This document shows positions 1 through 12,300 of a DNA stretch of 64,000 nucleotides, in pieces. The stretch's first letter is position 1, and the number at the start of each line of letters is the position of its first letter. Both the position numbers and the translations under genes were made by a program. The stretch is from Raillietiella orientalis. Lineage: Eukaryota. The DNA lies in contig JAYWIR010000046.1 of NCBI GenBank assembly GCA_036172245.1, positions 806,001 through 870,000 of the forward strand, read 5' to 3'. The notes beneath the pieces were generated by a model. The model was not told the DNA's origin and ran no database searches. It saw only the letters and a program-made list of their open reading frames with translations.

Positions 1-1383
1 CCTTGATTTAATTTCTCATTTTCATAAATTCTTCTAAAAATTCATTTCACTCACAATGATAACAGCATAACGACTTCACTATTTAAATAACTGGGAGGTT
101 TAAGAAAATCAACAGACTACTGTTATTAGCTAAAAAACCATACGTTTAAGTTTGAGAACACCGTACACTTCGGACTGTGTATCATACTTCGCAAATCCTT
201 TCAGTACAAAAATTAGATTTGTTGATTTTAATTTTTGCCTTGTTGCAGTTTGATTTTTGCAATTTAATTAATTTTGACATATTTATTAAGGATAATTGGT
301 GTTCTTTATTAAAATATTTAATAGGTCATCCCTTCCCTGCTGGCTTTCTTATTTTCGGGTCAGTTACACAAAGCAGACTTCGCAACTTCTAAAAGCATAA
401 ATTATCATTAAGTTTCCGAGCTAATGTTATGGTTTAATTTGATTTTGATTTTGAAATCTGCATTCTTATCTGGTGCAGATTTGCAGGGAACATTTTTTCA
501 TGAACAATTACGAGAGTGTGGATCAAGTCAGCATGAAAACGATACTCGTTGCTGATGTGGAATCGTAAAGACATAGAAGTTGTAATGTCGATTATTGGAT
601 AAAATTTGAGCGACTGTAGTCCTTATCATTCTTATACTCCAGACGTATTAAATATAAAGAGTTATAGATGAAGTGAAATGAATGGAAGGACATTGAATTT
701 GTTACGAATGCCATCCATGAGTTTCAATTCTCAACAAAGGACAAGAAATGTTATCAGGATGAACAATCTAATTAGAAGTTGTTGTATATTATTTTTGTTA
801 AGATTAAATTAAAGCAAACTGACATAACGAGGATATGAACGAATTCTCTCGTGAAAAATTAAAAAGCAGAATTCCCAAAAATGAAACAAATATTAGACAC
901 CAGCAAAATAGAACGAAACTCTTTCAGTATAGGGCTAACCATTTCAATCATTTTGCGAGGGAACCTATATTTTTCACATTTCAAAGCTTGCAAAGAAAAG
1001 TTTGGTACAGTTGTAATAACTGATATTTGGAATGGAATAGATGGAGAAAATATTTTCTCGCATAGTGATGCACCAAATGTCAGATCTGCGGCTACTAATC
1101 GGTTCCTATATGACCGCCAAGATTTGAGACAATTTTTCTCATTAAATATGCGCATGTTCATGTACAAAACACGCGAAATACAGTAATTATTGACAATTGC
1201 AAGTAGTCAAGAATAGTATTGCACACAGCAAACACCGAGAATGTTCATGAGACGATTAACTTTATTTCGATTTTGTCTTTGGCTTTTTGCAATTGACTTG
1301 ATGTTGAATCAAAAGTCATCACTACGGAATCTACCAAGTACTTGATACTTCAATAGTTCTATTTGCCTCTATACATAACTTAC

Positions 1384-1985
1384 AATTTTCGCAAATTCTT
1401 TAGAAGATGCAAATTATCCATTCTTTCCAACTGATTGTTCTGCAAATACAAATGGGTTATACTGCTTACGTTTGAAAAATCGATCAGCTTCTTTAGATGG
1501 TTGTTGTGGAGATATAGAACGACCAAGTTGGGGCATTTTGGAAACTCCTTCTAAAAATATTACACTTTTAATTAGAGTAGATAATCATAGTTCAAATCAT
1601 AATTAAAATCGGATGCAAATTGGCGATTAAAGCTCAAAATAATAATTCTCATTGGCAGTCAATGATCAAGTATATTCTAGCAAAGACTCAAAAAGGTATT
1701 ACTAATGTTGAAAGTCTTTAGTTAATCAGGAAAAAGTTTTTAGTCTATTAAGCGGAAAATGAATTATGCAAATAAATAAATAAATAATTGATAAATTTGA
1801 ATCGCAATTACAAAATAACGTTCATCAACCTTACTAACCAGTGTGGTTAGGTTTCTGTCATTAAGGTACAAATGAGTAATACTGTCAAAGCGAGATGCTT
1901 CATTAGTTTTCTTAGCTATTGGTGACACAGACGATTGAAACAAGCGAATCCATTTCTTATCACCTTCTAATTTAATTGCACTCAT
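1384..1985 (-). CDS. PPP1R42: PPP1R42/LRRC67-like leucine-rich-repeat protein, first two coding exons (1985-1839, 1550-1384); later exons not found in the window
   Basis: Spliced translation MSAIK...ITHLYLNDRNLTTL|KEFPKCPNLVVLYLHNNHLKKLIDFSNVSSITHLYLQNNQLERMDNLHLLKNLRKL matches the SDS22-type LRRs of PPP1R42 as recalled (CxNLxVLYL, THLYLQNN). Splice signals GTTAGT, TTTTTAG and GTAAGT give consistent phases. Confidence 0.75.
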
Positions 1986-3891
1986 TTCGAATATTTATCG
2001 GCAATATGACTAGTTTAGTACACTTTTAAAACGAGAATGAATTTTCGAAGACTGCTAACACGTTTCTATGGAAACAGCGTAAACAGTGTACACATGATGG
2101 AGGCTTCACCCGACATCCTATGAGCAGAGATCTTTGATAAATCTTTGTTTTCTGTTTCCTGTAATTTACTGCTAACAATATTATAGCTCAGTCAATTCAT
2201 CTGCAGGATAACCGATGCTGAAATCTCTGCAGTAATGGAATTCTATCAACTCGTAATTAAGATGCTTAATGGTGTTCCATGCTGAGCTTAGCTGTACTAC
2301 ATGAAGGTCAAATCAACGAACTTACTCAGGTCATGATTTAGCTCCAAATTAAAAAAATTACATATGCAATAGTTTCTAAACTAGAACGTGACAAAATTAT
2401 GCATCACTCATGGTTTCCTTTCCATATTCGTATGAACCTTAACAGAACTATGAACTAGTTGTGCAAACTGTACTTGAATATAGGAAAAAAGAAATAGCAT
2501 TCCCTTAACAAATGATTCATAATCGGAAGCAAATTATAAACAAATACCAAACATTGATTGTTTATTTTTTTCTTTTTTTAAATTGTGTCTTAGGTTCAAG
2601 TATGAGTTCAATATGTACTTCATGTACTTCAAGTATGGTCCTAAGCAAATGATAATTTCACATAGTTAAGAAATAACTGCCGAAGGAAAAGACATCAAGG
2701 TGAGCAAAGCATTCACACAAATATAGGGAAGGAAGCAAGAGAATCCAAAGCATTCTGTCTTGCAAGAGAATGGGCCGAGTAGCCTTATGCTGCACATACA
2801 CAATGTACCCAGATGATAAGCAATAGTAAAGGGCTTTTCACACATCTATTATCAAAAACAGGAAGCTGAAATGCAAGTGATCCGGACAATGAAGAAAAAT
2901 ATCCTAGGGACACACCATATAAAAATAATCCCAAAATGCAAGGAACTCTGTCACGAAGAACTCACAACGATAATTTGCCAAATGGCATCATCACATGCAT
3001 ACAATGGATAATAACAGGGTGGTCTACGAAAATAGAAGACGATAGTCAAACAATTGGTTTTAGGAGGAGATCCATCAGATGATCTCTCTGCAACTCCACT
3101 CTCAAAATAAAAGGACGATTTATCTACAGAAAAGGGAACTATGGAAATGGAGAAAAGTGGCCGGAAAGAACATCGAGACATTATTTGATTGACAAAACAT
3201 AAACGATGAAGCCTTGAGAAAATTGAAAGAACAACTTTGAACACAGAATGTATCTCTATCTAAAAGTGGAAGAACAAACTGCCTTCAATTTTTAGAGAAT
3301 TTATTTCTCTTGTACCATCCAGGTTTTACTATATCGACAAAGACTCGAGCACTGGTCTCAAAACAGAGCAGATCAGTATTGTCCCAAGTATGGAGAGACT
3401 GAGTTGCAGGTTCACACCTTTCATTGCAGCACTTTGACAGCTACTGGAAACAGGCGAGAAGTATCCCTAACAAGTGAAAGAAGAGACATATTAGGAGGAA
3501 TGTTAGGAGGACAAGGTATTACTCCGAAGGATAGAGGGTTAGTGACAATCTACATAGCACTCTTCATTTTTTTTTTTTTCTTCTGACTTCGCTCTTTTTC
3601 TTTCAGCTTTTTTTTTTTTTAAAAGGTTATCTTTTTTTTTGGTTCGCTAAGTACCTCAGAGCCGGTCGCGTGCCTCGCGACCCACGTGGCTCTTTTAAGC
3701 CACTGTTTTGTTTCCACGCCGCTCCCCTGCGACAACCCCGCAGGCAGGCGTGTAATTCTTCAGGATAGGAGTCACCCCGGGATGGGGGGGGAATCCGCTC
3801 TATGAATACAGGAAGGACTCGGAGTCCACTCCTCTCATGCTTGGGGAGGGATTCCCCCGGACGGGGGGGATCGCACCTCCAAGCCTGGTTG

Positions 3892-4090
3892 TCTCCGAAG
3901 GGGAACCCCGGAAGGAATCTCCTTCCTCATTCTCTCCGGAGGGACACCCCCTGGGAGTGGGGTGGTCCTCTCCATTTCAACTTCTCCGAAAGGAACCCGG
4001 AAAGGATCCACTTGTAGGAATTTCTTCTCCGGAAGAAACCCGAGGGAACCGCTCCTGTTCACTCCTCTGAAGAGAACCCCGAAGGGACGC
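3892..4090. repeat. About 5 degenerate subrepeats with 38-50 bp spacing, rDNA-spacer-like
   Basis: Units resembling TCTCCGRARRRAACCCG..GGA start at 3892, 3933, 3983, 4026 and ~4064. Confidence 0.6.
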
Positions 4091-4557
4091 TTCCGAAACT
4101 CAGAAAGGGCGCTGCAGCTTCCCGCAGGGAATCGCTCTCGCTTGCTTCATTGTGCACACTCTGTGAAGAGGCGACGACGCGGAGGGACCCCCAACAGGGG
4201 GGTCCGCTCCTTTGAACAACTGGAGAGGTACCCGTGAGGGCTCCTACTCCATCTTGAAACCGGAGGGGTCCCCTGTGGGGGGTCCGCTCTCCGTTGCACG
4301 ACAGGAGGGGGAACTCCCCATTCCTTGATTCCTAGGAGGACCCGAAGGTCGACTCCCATTGTTCCGGTCTTCATCGGGGGCCTCCGACTTAATCCACCGC
4401 CGGTGCCACGCCCGAATGTCTCGGCCAACCAGCGCCATTGCAGAAGAAACTCGGAACCCGACGACGCAGTGGCGTCAGAGTTTCTGCCGAAGTATTCGAA
4501 CCCGCGACGCATGGTGCCACACGCGGAAGCCTAAACCACAAGGCCTCCGACGCGGGC

Positions 4558-4801
4558 TTACAAATCCTCGACCAGAAGGGCTTAGCCTCAATAGATCGCA
4601 GTGTGGTGGCTGCTCTACTACGTACAACACCCCGGTCGGTACGTAAGTCGTCTACAGACGATTTGACACCTCCACGTTCGCCATACGGGATGCTCCATAC
4701 GATCCGGATTACGAAAACGCGCGCGTCCGCGGGCTGAGTCGCTTCGCGCGCTCTGCGCGCTGCCCGATGGGGGGCACACGGTGTTCACTTGCCGGGGCTT
4801 G
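4558..4801 (-). rRNA. 28S rRNA: 28S (LSU) rRNA 3'-terminal fragment, isolated and non-functional
   Basis: Minus strand reads AAATCGTCTGTAGACGACTTACGTACCGACCGGGGTGTTGTACGTAGTAGAGCAGCCACCACACTGCGATCTATTGAGGCTAAGCCCTTCTGGTCGAGGATTTGT, the conserved eukaryotic LSU 3' end. The upstream GC-rich part is presumably the last expansion segment. Confidence 0.9.
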
Positions 4802-5275
4802 ATAGCACTCTTCATAACAGCAAACTTAATAAGAAGGTGGAAGATCAAAATGGAAAATGCATGAAAAAGTGATGGAAGACTTATTGCAGAAAGAGACTCC
4901 TATCAACGGGTGTGGCAAAGTTCCTTCGGAAATACCCTAGTAATTACTGAGAAAAAGAATCAATTCCCAACACAGATTTTAAAAATGCAAACACTTTCTA
5001 ATGTAACGACAAATAGTGTAATCTGTATTGCATAACATGAAAAGTGGAACATAAAACAACTCTGATGTACATGCATTAGTGAAAAGCAAAGCATTTAAAG
5101 GAATGCAAAAGAACTGCTGTGGAAAGGGAAGAAACCCATGGTAAAAATGAAATATCCATGGAGACCCAGAGAACAGGGTAGTGTAAGAATGAAGACACTT
5201 GAGGAAGCCATACATGCCTTCCCGTATCTCCAAGATTCTCTAGGATTGATCCAAGAAGTAAGAAGAAGAAGAAGC

Positions 5276-6851
5276 GTTCCTTTTGGAGCCTTCTATCCAT
5301 CAGAAGCGTGGTCGGACTGCCTTCACAAGGCCGAGACTGTTCTGGGCCCGTTTCAAGGCGGCAGGTTCCTCCTGTCGGAACGGGCCTTCGTGTGGAACAT
5401 TTTCGTTGCCCCTCTCCTCCGTCCCCTCTTTTTTGTTTGTCCCCCTCCCTACTCGGCTAAGCGTCGGGCGCAACGCCTGTTGCGAAACGCCTTGTGGGTA
5501 CCGGCAAGGTCTAGGATACGCCTCAAGGACTTGGCGGCTCCTCGGCGGGATGCAGGATTGGGCATCCTGACGCTGGAGCGGATCGGACTGCTAGTGCAGT
5601 TCCGCATGCTGGCACTTTGCGCCCAGCTATGGACTACTCCCTGGTGTGCTCCAGCGCGGCTGCCGCTGCGGCGCTGCACGGGTGGCGACGGACTGCGTTC
5701 GTTGCACCTGCGCACGGAGTGCGCCCAGAGAGGATTCGGCTTCCCACTGAAGCAGCTCTCCTCGCTTCTGGGAAAGCATGCGTGGATCTCCTGCCGGCCG
5801 ACGAACTTCAACGCCTGGAGACAGGAAGCCTTATCGTCCTGGGCAGCGCAACAGGATGTGTCCCGTTTGGAACTCCGTTGCGTGAACCTTTCCCCATACT
5901 GTCCAGCGGGGAAGGTGCTTGAAGACCAGGACCAGTGGACACGCCTAGCCGCTACGCCCCTCGCCGAAGCACTGTCTGCATTGATGGTGCGAGACGACAG
6001 TGACCTGCCGGCGAGGTGGGAGGTCGCTTGCGAAATCCCAGGCGAAACCCGACTGCTGGGCGGCTGGAGGACTTGCGAGCTGGCAGACGCTGCCACGCCT
6101 CGCCTTCGTGCCAAGGGACTTTTCCGGTGGAGCGAGCTCCTCGGGGTGCCCACCGAAGAACTTGTGGTCCCTTCTGCGTGTTTGGACGCGACTGTGTTCC
6201 CCCTTCGGTGGAAACAGGACGCTTTTCTGCTGGTGCATTGGGGTTTGTACTGCAACCAGCGCGCGCACCTCGTTTCCGGGGGAGCTGCGTCCCCGAACTG
6301 TGCAACATGCGGAGCGGTGGAATCGCTTCCGCATTTGCTATTTGAATGCGGTGCCCTCCAGGAGCTGTGGCGGCGGCTGTCTTCAGCGCTCCTGCACCCC
6401 GGACACACCGCAAAGGACTGGATGCGCCGCTTCTTCACGCGTGGCGGTCTTTCTCTTGGAGCGGTTGTCGCAATCGTCTGCTGCGTCCGCGCCATTGTCA
6501 GGGCCCGCCAAGTATTGCAGATGCGAGTGATCCCAACATCGGTCCCCGACACTGCAGCCTGCAACCTGCAAATGGCTGCCGGGTGGCCACATCTTGGAGC
6601 GGAAGTGAGGACGGAGATCGGCGGCATTCACCGCCGGTTCTGAGAATAGGAACGGTTAGACTGCATACCCCTGTCCCCGCCCTCCCTCCCAGTTTATTTA
6701 TTTATTGTCCCCTACCCCCCCGTTCCGAATTCTCAGTGTGCCCTGCCTGCGTGCCAGGAACCCTCCTCCCCATCTTCTGTTCCCCTTACCTGGGAACACA
6801 GTTCCCAGAAGACATTATTAATAAACGTCCCGGCGCAACCGGGTAATAAAC
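5276..6851 (+). mobile_element. 5'-truncated L1/Tx1-like non-LTR retrotransposon (post-RT region, CCHC finger, 3' UTR, terminal hairpin)
   Basis: Open frame to 6643 with PRRDAGLG and CATCGAVESLPHLLFEC; clear homology to the copy at 23.3-24.6 kb; ends AATAAACGTCCCGGCGCAACCGGGTAATAAAC. Confidence 0.9.
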
Positions 6852-7968
6852 AACGAAAGTTCAGAGAAGCAATACATCAACGATAGAATGTAGCACCGAC
6901 TGCAACCAGTGTTCTTGCAGCACACTTTCCTTGCGTGCAGTCAAGCTTCAAAGTTAATGCTGAAGCAAAGCAGAAGCATCTCAAAGTTTGTTTGGATGTT
7001 TTGGCAATCCACGAATACAAAAACAGTTAACACTCTCCAAGCAATGCACATTTGCAAGAGATGCTGAATTGGTTTGAGAATGTCCCAAGAACCCAAGTAC
7101 TATAATCGTGAATCATCATGATTTCCACAGTAATAATAATACCACATTGAAAATGCTGGCCAAGACGAAGGCTCTGACTTCAAACAATCCCAGATTTCTT
7201 CATTTACCATGCAATTCATGAATCGTTGCAGTCAGTTGTTTCAGAAGGTCGCACGACCCAGACTGGATTGCTCGTCGCGGCAAGGATACAGAGTTGAAAC
7301 TCCAATGGGAGCAAGCTGAGCATCATGAAGCTTTGACACCACAGCAGACGTTCTTTTCGTTGTCAATACAGAATTTCACATTTTTGAGAGCAGAAATCAA
7401 CGCTAATTGGGCTTTCCTTCCTTTTCCTAATTATGGAAGAGTGGCATAAGCGGTTAATATAGGACTGGAAAGTCCTTCATCCGTTTCCCAGTGTAAAACC
7501 TGTATTTGAGTATCCTTGTGCCCCACCCGAAACTGCCGTTATAATTTGCAAACCTCACGGGTTCTACATGTTTACCAGCATTGCAAGTAATAAGAACATT
7601 TCCAACTTCATGAAAATCAGCCTTCGGTTCGTAACCATAAGAGTCAACAAACCTTATAAGATATTGCGTTCTTCCAAAACTCAAGAGCACATGGTTGGGT
7701 TAATTGGACTAACGAGTTGTCACAGATTGCTAAGAATTAAGTTTGTTTTCGCATGTGCCTCTCGTTCTCTTTTTCCTTTGAAACGAGTGGTTTCGATACG
7801 AATGAAGCATTGCGATAAAAAACAAAAACGAAGACGGTAACTCAATGTAGAATAACGTAGAATTGCATGGGAGGCACGTTAAACCAAACCTACAGATCAA
7901 GCACTTATAAAAGATCCGGTTGCTTTATTTAACAACGCAGTCCTAAAAACACTGTGCATGTTCACCGC

Positions 7969-9318
7969 TTATATGTTGTAAACAAGTATGCTGGTCTTCT
8001 TACAATATGCCATGGCCAACTTAACACCACCAATTGAAGGAGAAGAGAAGGCTAGGCTATCCACCGATAAATATTCACCATACACGAAATGACTCCTGGA
8101 AAGCGACTGCTGAGAACTGCTTGTTCGCTGCACAAATTACCTCACGGAGTCCAGCAGACACGTAGCTATGCCCTTCCTTCGAAAAGCTGGATGGCACCAG
8201 ATTCTGCTTATACCACATTGCACCGAAATGGTCTGGGACGTATCACAATGATAAACACCTTGTGTGCCGGATTCCACCAATGGCCAGGCATGCTGAATGA
8301 ATTCGGCGAGCACCACACCCATTATCATTTTCTTTTTCGTAAACAGAAACGCCTGACAAGACAAAATTGCCACTGTTGCAAGCCCAACACTTACCTTATG
8401 CGGTTTACTCCACTGAATGTCAGGGGACCCTAATTCCTGATTAATGAATGAACACACCTTCTGTACTTTCTCCCAATGTTGTTTGGGATCGGACGGCAAA
8501 ATCAAAACAACCGCTCCTCCAAAATTTTCCCAAATGACACGTTTCCGACTATAATCCTGCACACACGGAATCCATATTGACGTCTGCACCTTCCTTGTAC
8601 TTACAGGAAAACTTAGATGGCCATGGCACTGTGCATGAAAATTTTCATGTTCCAGGCGATCGTTTGGGGAATCCTGGCAGTAGACCATCCCACAAGATGG
8701 GCATTCAGTTGCACCCAAGCGTCTCTGACCAGCATCAATAATGGTTTGCTTTAAAGATTCTTTCTTTTCTAGCTGTCTCCGTCTCCTGATGAAAAAGTCA
8801 CTCAATCTGTTTTGGTTACAGGATCATCACCTCTTCAGTTGAGGAAGCATAATCGGTTTCAAGACATGGATTTCAGGTTTGCTCTCCAAACATGATGCTT
8901 CCCAAGCTGGACGAACAGTCTTTATGCAGTGGACAATACGATCTGTCTGTTCCGTCGATTCAAGAATCCGCAAACTCTCATGTTTGTCTTTTGACTTGGA
9001 CTCACTTTGCTTCACGTTAGCACACGACCTGGGATGCAGCACAAAGTTTCCCGTATCAACACTTTTCGGCACTGCTTTTTGCACGCTAAAAACTACTTCG
9101 AATTTGCCACTAGAGTCGTGCTTGAAGAATTTGCGATTCTCTTTTCCTGGGTTTCTTTCTTTGCTCACACTGTATTTGGCAACCTGCTTGCATGCCTTTG
9201 GTTGGCTCACAGTTACGCAGCATCGTTGTGTGACTTGGGGTTTTGCAGTAAACTTTCGGACACTATGAGAAACACCCCTGTTGATCGTATCGTAGCTTCG
9301 CTTTCTCATATCCCGCAT
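7969..9318 (-). CDS. ESCO2: ESCO/Eco1 cohesin N-acetyltransferase, 5 exons (9318-8831, 8785-8605, 8556-8395, 8352-8141, 8095-7969)
   Basis: QTIIDAGQ motif, C2H2 finger CPSCGMVY...HENFH, acetyltransferase motif CGISRIWCHPAFRRKGIATCLLDSVR, C-terminal LAFSSPSIGG...ILVYN*. Four GT-AG introns of 45, 48, 42 and 45 nt. AATAAA at 7929-7924. ESCO1 versus ESCO2 orthology cannot be resolved. Confidence 0.9.
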
Positions 9319-9359
9319 CTGCAACCTAGAACAAATTAATCAATACTTTTGCTCTTTCG

Positions 9360-12300
9360 CTATACAAGTCTCCCGATATATTTGGCATTCCGAGCCCTCC
9401 CAACCAAACTCGGCCATTGCACTAGAAATTCGTCCACCATATACTGAGCAATCCATCCCGACACCGACAGATGCTTCACTCTGCACACGCTCTCGCAAAA
9501 CACCATTTTCATTTTCCTGAGACACAGTACCTAGTCAAATGACATGCTCGCAAACGACTATCCCTGAAATTACCACTACTTACTTTCGCCAAGAAACACC
9601 ACAACAATACAGGAAGGCATGTACCAGGGCCATTGCATACAACCTGAAATCTGTTCTCTGTGTAGGGAAGTGCATATACTCACTAGATCAGGATTGGTGT
9701 CCAAAATCACAGGTAATGTATAAAAACATGCATACGCAAATGTGAAGATAGAAGTGAGCCAGGACTGCTTCACATGCCGACTTCGTGGAATCGAAACAAT
9801 TTCATACTGCAAGACATACGACTTGTACTTTGCAGGATATTTATGTCAAAAACAACAATTTGCACAATCCCGAAAACGAAAACGCTTCCTCTTGTTGACA
9901 GTACTTTACGTCCGTTATTGTCAAAAACAGAGCGCTACACACAAACTTATGATTCAATCGAATTCCATATAAGTGGCACCATGCAAGGACTCACATTCTT
10001 TTCACCGCTCTTCTCAAATGCCTTCACTTTTTCTTTGCTCAGACCATCGTCACTGGCAACCACATAAATTCGGGGACTGTAAGCTGTTTTATCAAGTGTG
10101 TCGAAAAGTTTCAACAGTTCTGCAGTGTGTCCACCTAATTGAAGACTCATCAAAGACTCACAAGTTTTCATGCACATTCACACTCAGTTCTGAATTCAAC
10201 TTTGCACGTTGTCAAGGAAAACGAAAAATCCCATTCAAACAATACGGCAAAACAGCGTGTAAGGTCTCCAGAATTCAGGCTCCGAAGGATTCCTACCACC
10301 TGGCTACTCCCAATCGAAAAACACGAACAAACAAAAGTTAACATCAGGTACCCCCACAATGTTTGGAACTCGGATTGAAAACCATGTACCATTAGAATAC
10401 AAGTGACCAGGCTGCTCACATGAGGGAACCTTACAAGCTCTGATGAAACACGCAATTGCTGAAACATGCAAGAACATAGGTGAGGTAGCTCTACTAACTG
10501 ACTGCAATTCACTGAAATACTTCTGTTATGTGCATTCACAAACAACCATTCACAAATACAGAAATCTCCAGACAGAGCCAGTTCTACTGACATTCAAATC
10601 CTTCCACTCAACCAAAACTAGGAGTGGACTTGCAGACAAGAAACTAAACCAATTTTCATTCTAGTCACCAGAACATGTACATCAGGTTAGCATAGTTTTC
10701 AGAATTCCTCAATTCCATATCCATTATCTCAGGATGCTCCTGTCTTCACACATGCATGAAATACATTCCCAGCAGCTACTGAGAAAATGTTACCCTATAT
10801 TGTACACTGTATCAATAGAATTCCAAAAATCCAGATTCGTCTGCTAAGTTTCTTGCTTACATCATGCACTTATTCTCACACATTAAGAGAAATTCGGAGA
10901 TTTCCTTGCCTTCCTCATTACCAATCAGTTAGGGCCTCTCCATTTTAAAGTTTTGCTTTGCTGTTGTGCTTGTTCATGTATGTGCAACACTGTCAACTCC
11001 AAACACATCAAAGGAATGCTATGTCGCATGGGTAGCATCAGGAAATAAATGTTAGAATAAGTCAATGCAGCAAAAAGGCTAGAAATAACAGGCTTCTAGA
11101 ATGCTTACTGGAGTTTCAAGCACACTCTAAGATGAACTTTTTATTCAATAACTCTGCACTTCTTCAGATAACACTGATAATTGTGCTGCAGAAATTAAAC
11201 ACCCAATAATGTCAAATATCATGACTCAAAAGAAAAGAGAATAAGGGAAATAAATGCAGTTCAAGACATAAAATAATTTCGTGCAAACCAGGAAATCAGT
11301 CGGAACTGAAACATCTTTCAACAGTCAGAATGGATAAATGCAGGGTTGAAAAACAAAAACAAATTCATAGCAATCAAACATGGACAAAATGGGTTCTTTG
11401 AAGTTCTTTTGCTTCCTCACTGTGGAAAAGCATGATGATACACTTATTGCATGATTGTCTTTTCTATTTGGTCTTCTGAATTCATGGTTCATGCATCCAA
11501 TTTTCTCCTTTCTGCTTTGTGCACGAAAAAACAAATTTCCTTTACTCATTTTTTAATTCGTGACCATATGTAGTGGTACTTATTTCCCAGGCAAATACTC
11601 TGCACATAGTAGTTTTCATTCTGCTTCTGCATACATATACCGTTTGAGGTTATTTTAAATATGCTTGTTCCTCATTTGCTTTACAGTCAGTTACTCAGAC
11701 AAGTTTATGAGAGTTCCTGGAGACTCTAAACAGGCACTTCCATGAGGAATTTCTTTTTTCGTACTCGTTTTGTTGTGCAGATGTGTGAATGTACAAGTTT
11801 ATTTGTCATCTTGGCTGCATGCCCTACATCATGGATTCTGGATAGTTCATTTGTGATAGTTTACAGTTTAACTCAAAACTAGTAAGTAAACTTTGTTTTT
11901 GTCCTCCAACAACTTAGTTCTTTTCTTTCTGTAATCCTATATTCGAAACACGAATGTTTCAGATGCACAAAGCAGAAAATGCAGAGCAACAGCGGTCATA
12001 CTGAGTAGGCTTTGCAGGAAAAATGAGGAGGGCAAATCACAGGATTTTACCAGTCGAAACTGCATTTTGATGGCAAAAACAAATCCTGTAAAGCATGGAT
12101 ATGCACATCAGGCACACTTGACGAATCATGAACTTTCAAATGCACAGAATACTTTAGAGATGCTATCTTTTTTTTTTTTGTTGAAAGGATCTTCTTTTAT
12201 GGGTGACAAAGTCACCAGAAAATGCTTTGGTAATGTAGGAAAACTTTGAAAGAAATCATGAGTTACCTGATCCTAAGACTGCTAATACCTTTATTCCCAT
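9360..12300 (-). CDS. ALG14: ALG14, UDP-GlcNAc transferase subunit, 5 exons (12300-12267, 10134-9995, 9806-9684, 9643-9584, 9530-9360)
   Basis: Spliced product MGIKVLAVLGS|GGHTAELL...PRIYVVASDD...IPRSRHVKQSWLTS...PDL|VVCNGPGTCLP...FCESVCRVKHLSVSG...FLVQWP...YIGRLV*. All introns GT-AG and phase-consistent. Confidence 0.92.

Larger units (their letters stand above)
3568..4801 (-). mobile_element. Retroposed rRNA-derived insertion (28S 3' end + spacer-like sequence + A-rich tail), SINE28-like or processed pre-rRNA copy
   Basis: Perfect direct repeat ATAGCACTCTTCAT at 3554-3567 and 4802-4815; T-tracts on the plus strand at 3567-3640 (A-tail on minus); sharp GC contrast with the flanks. Confidence 0.85.
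2700..5050 (+). mobile_element. Old, decayed L1-like LINE 3' remnant, interrupted by the rRNA-derived insertion; boundaries approximate
   Basis: Degenerate C-terminal zinc-finger-like motif CPKYGETELQVHTFHC (~3380-3430), preceded by KWKNKLPSIFREFISL; A-rich sense strand; many stops. Confidence 0.35.

Noticed and set aside
143..156. Spliced-leader-like GTTTAAGTTTGAG
   Set aside because: Partial match only, with no donor site or Sm-binding motif.
3686..3703. Histone 3' stem-loop
   Set aside because: It resembles GGCTCTTTTCAGAGCC but does not fit the 6-bp stem and 4-nt loop, and there is no histone ORF.
4558..4801. Functional rDNA unit or R2 insertion site
   Set aside because: Only the last ~240 nt of 28S are present, bounded by a TSD; there is no 18S, 5.8S or R2 target region.
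5138..5275. N-terminal part of the 501-aa ORF
   Set aside because: Fortuitous read-in from flanking DNA; homology to the element starts at about 5276.
6900..7890. Third operon gene downstream of ESCO
   Set aside because: There is an acceptor-like TGTAG at ~7890, but no consistent exon chain or recognisable protein follows.
10440..10468. Hammerhead ribozyme (CTGATGA...GAAAC)
   Set aside because: Stem II and the flanking stems cannot be formed convincingly.
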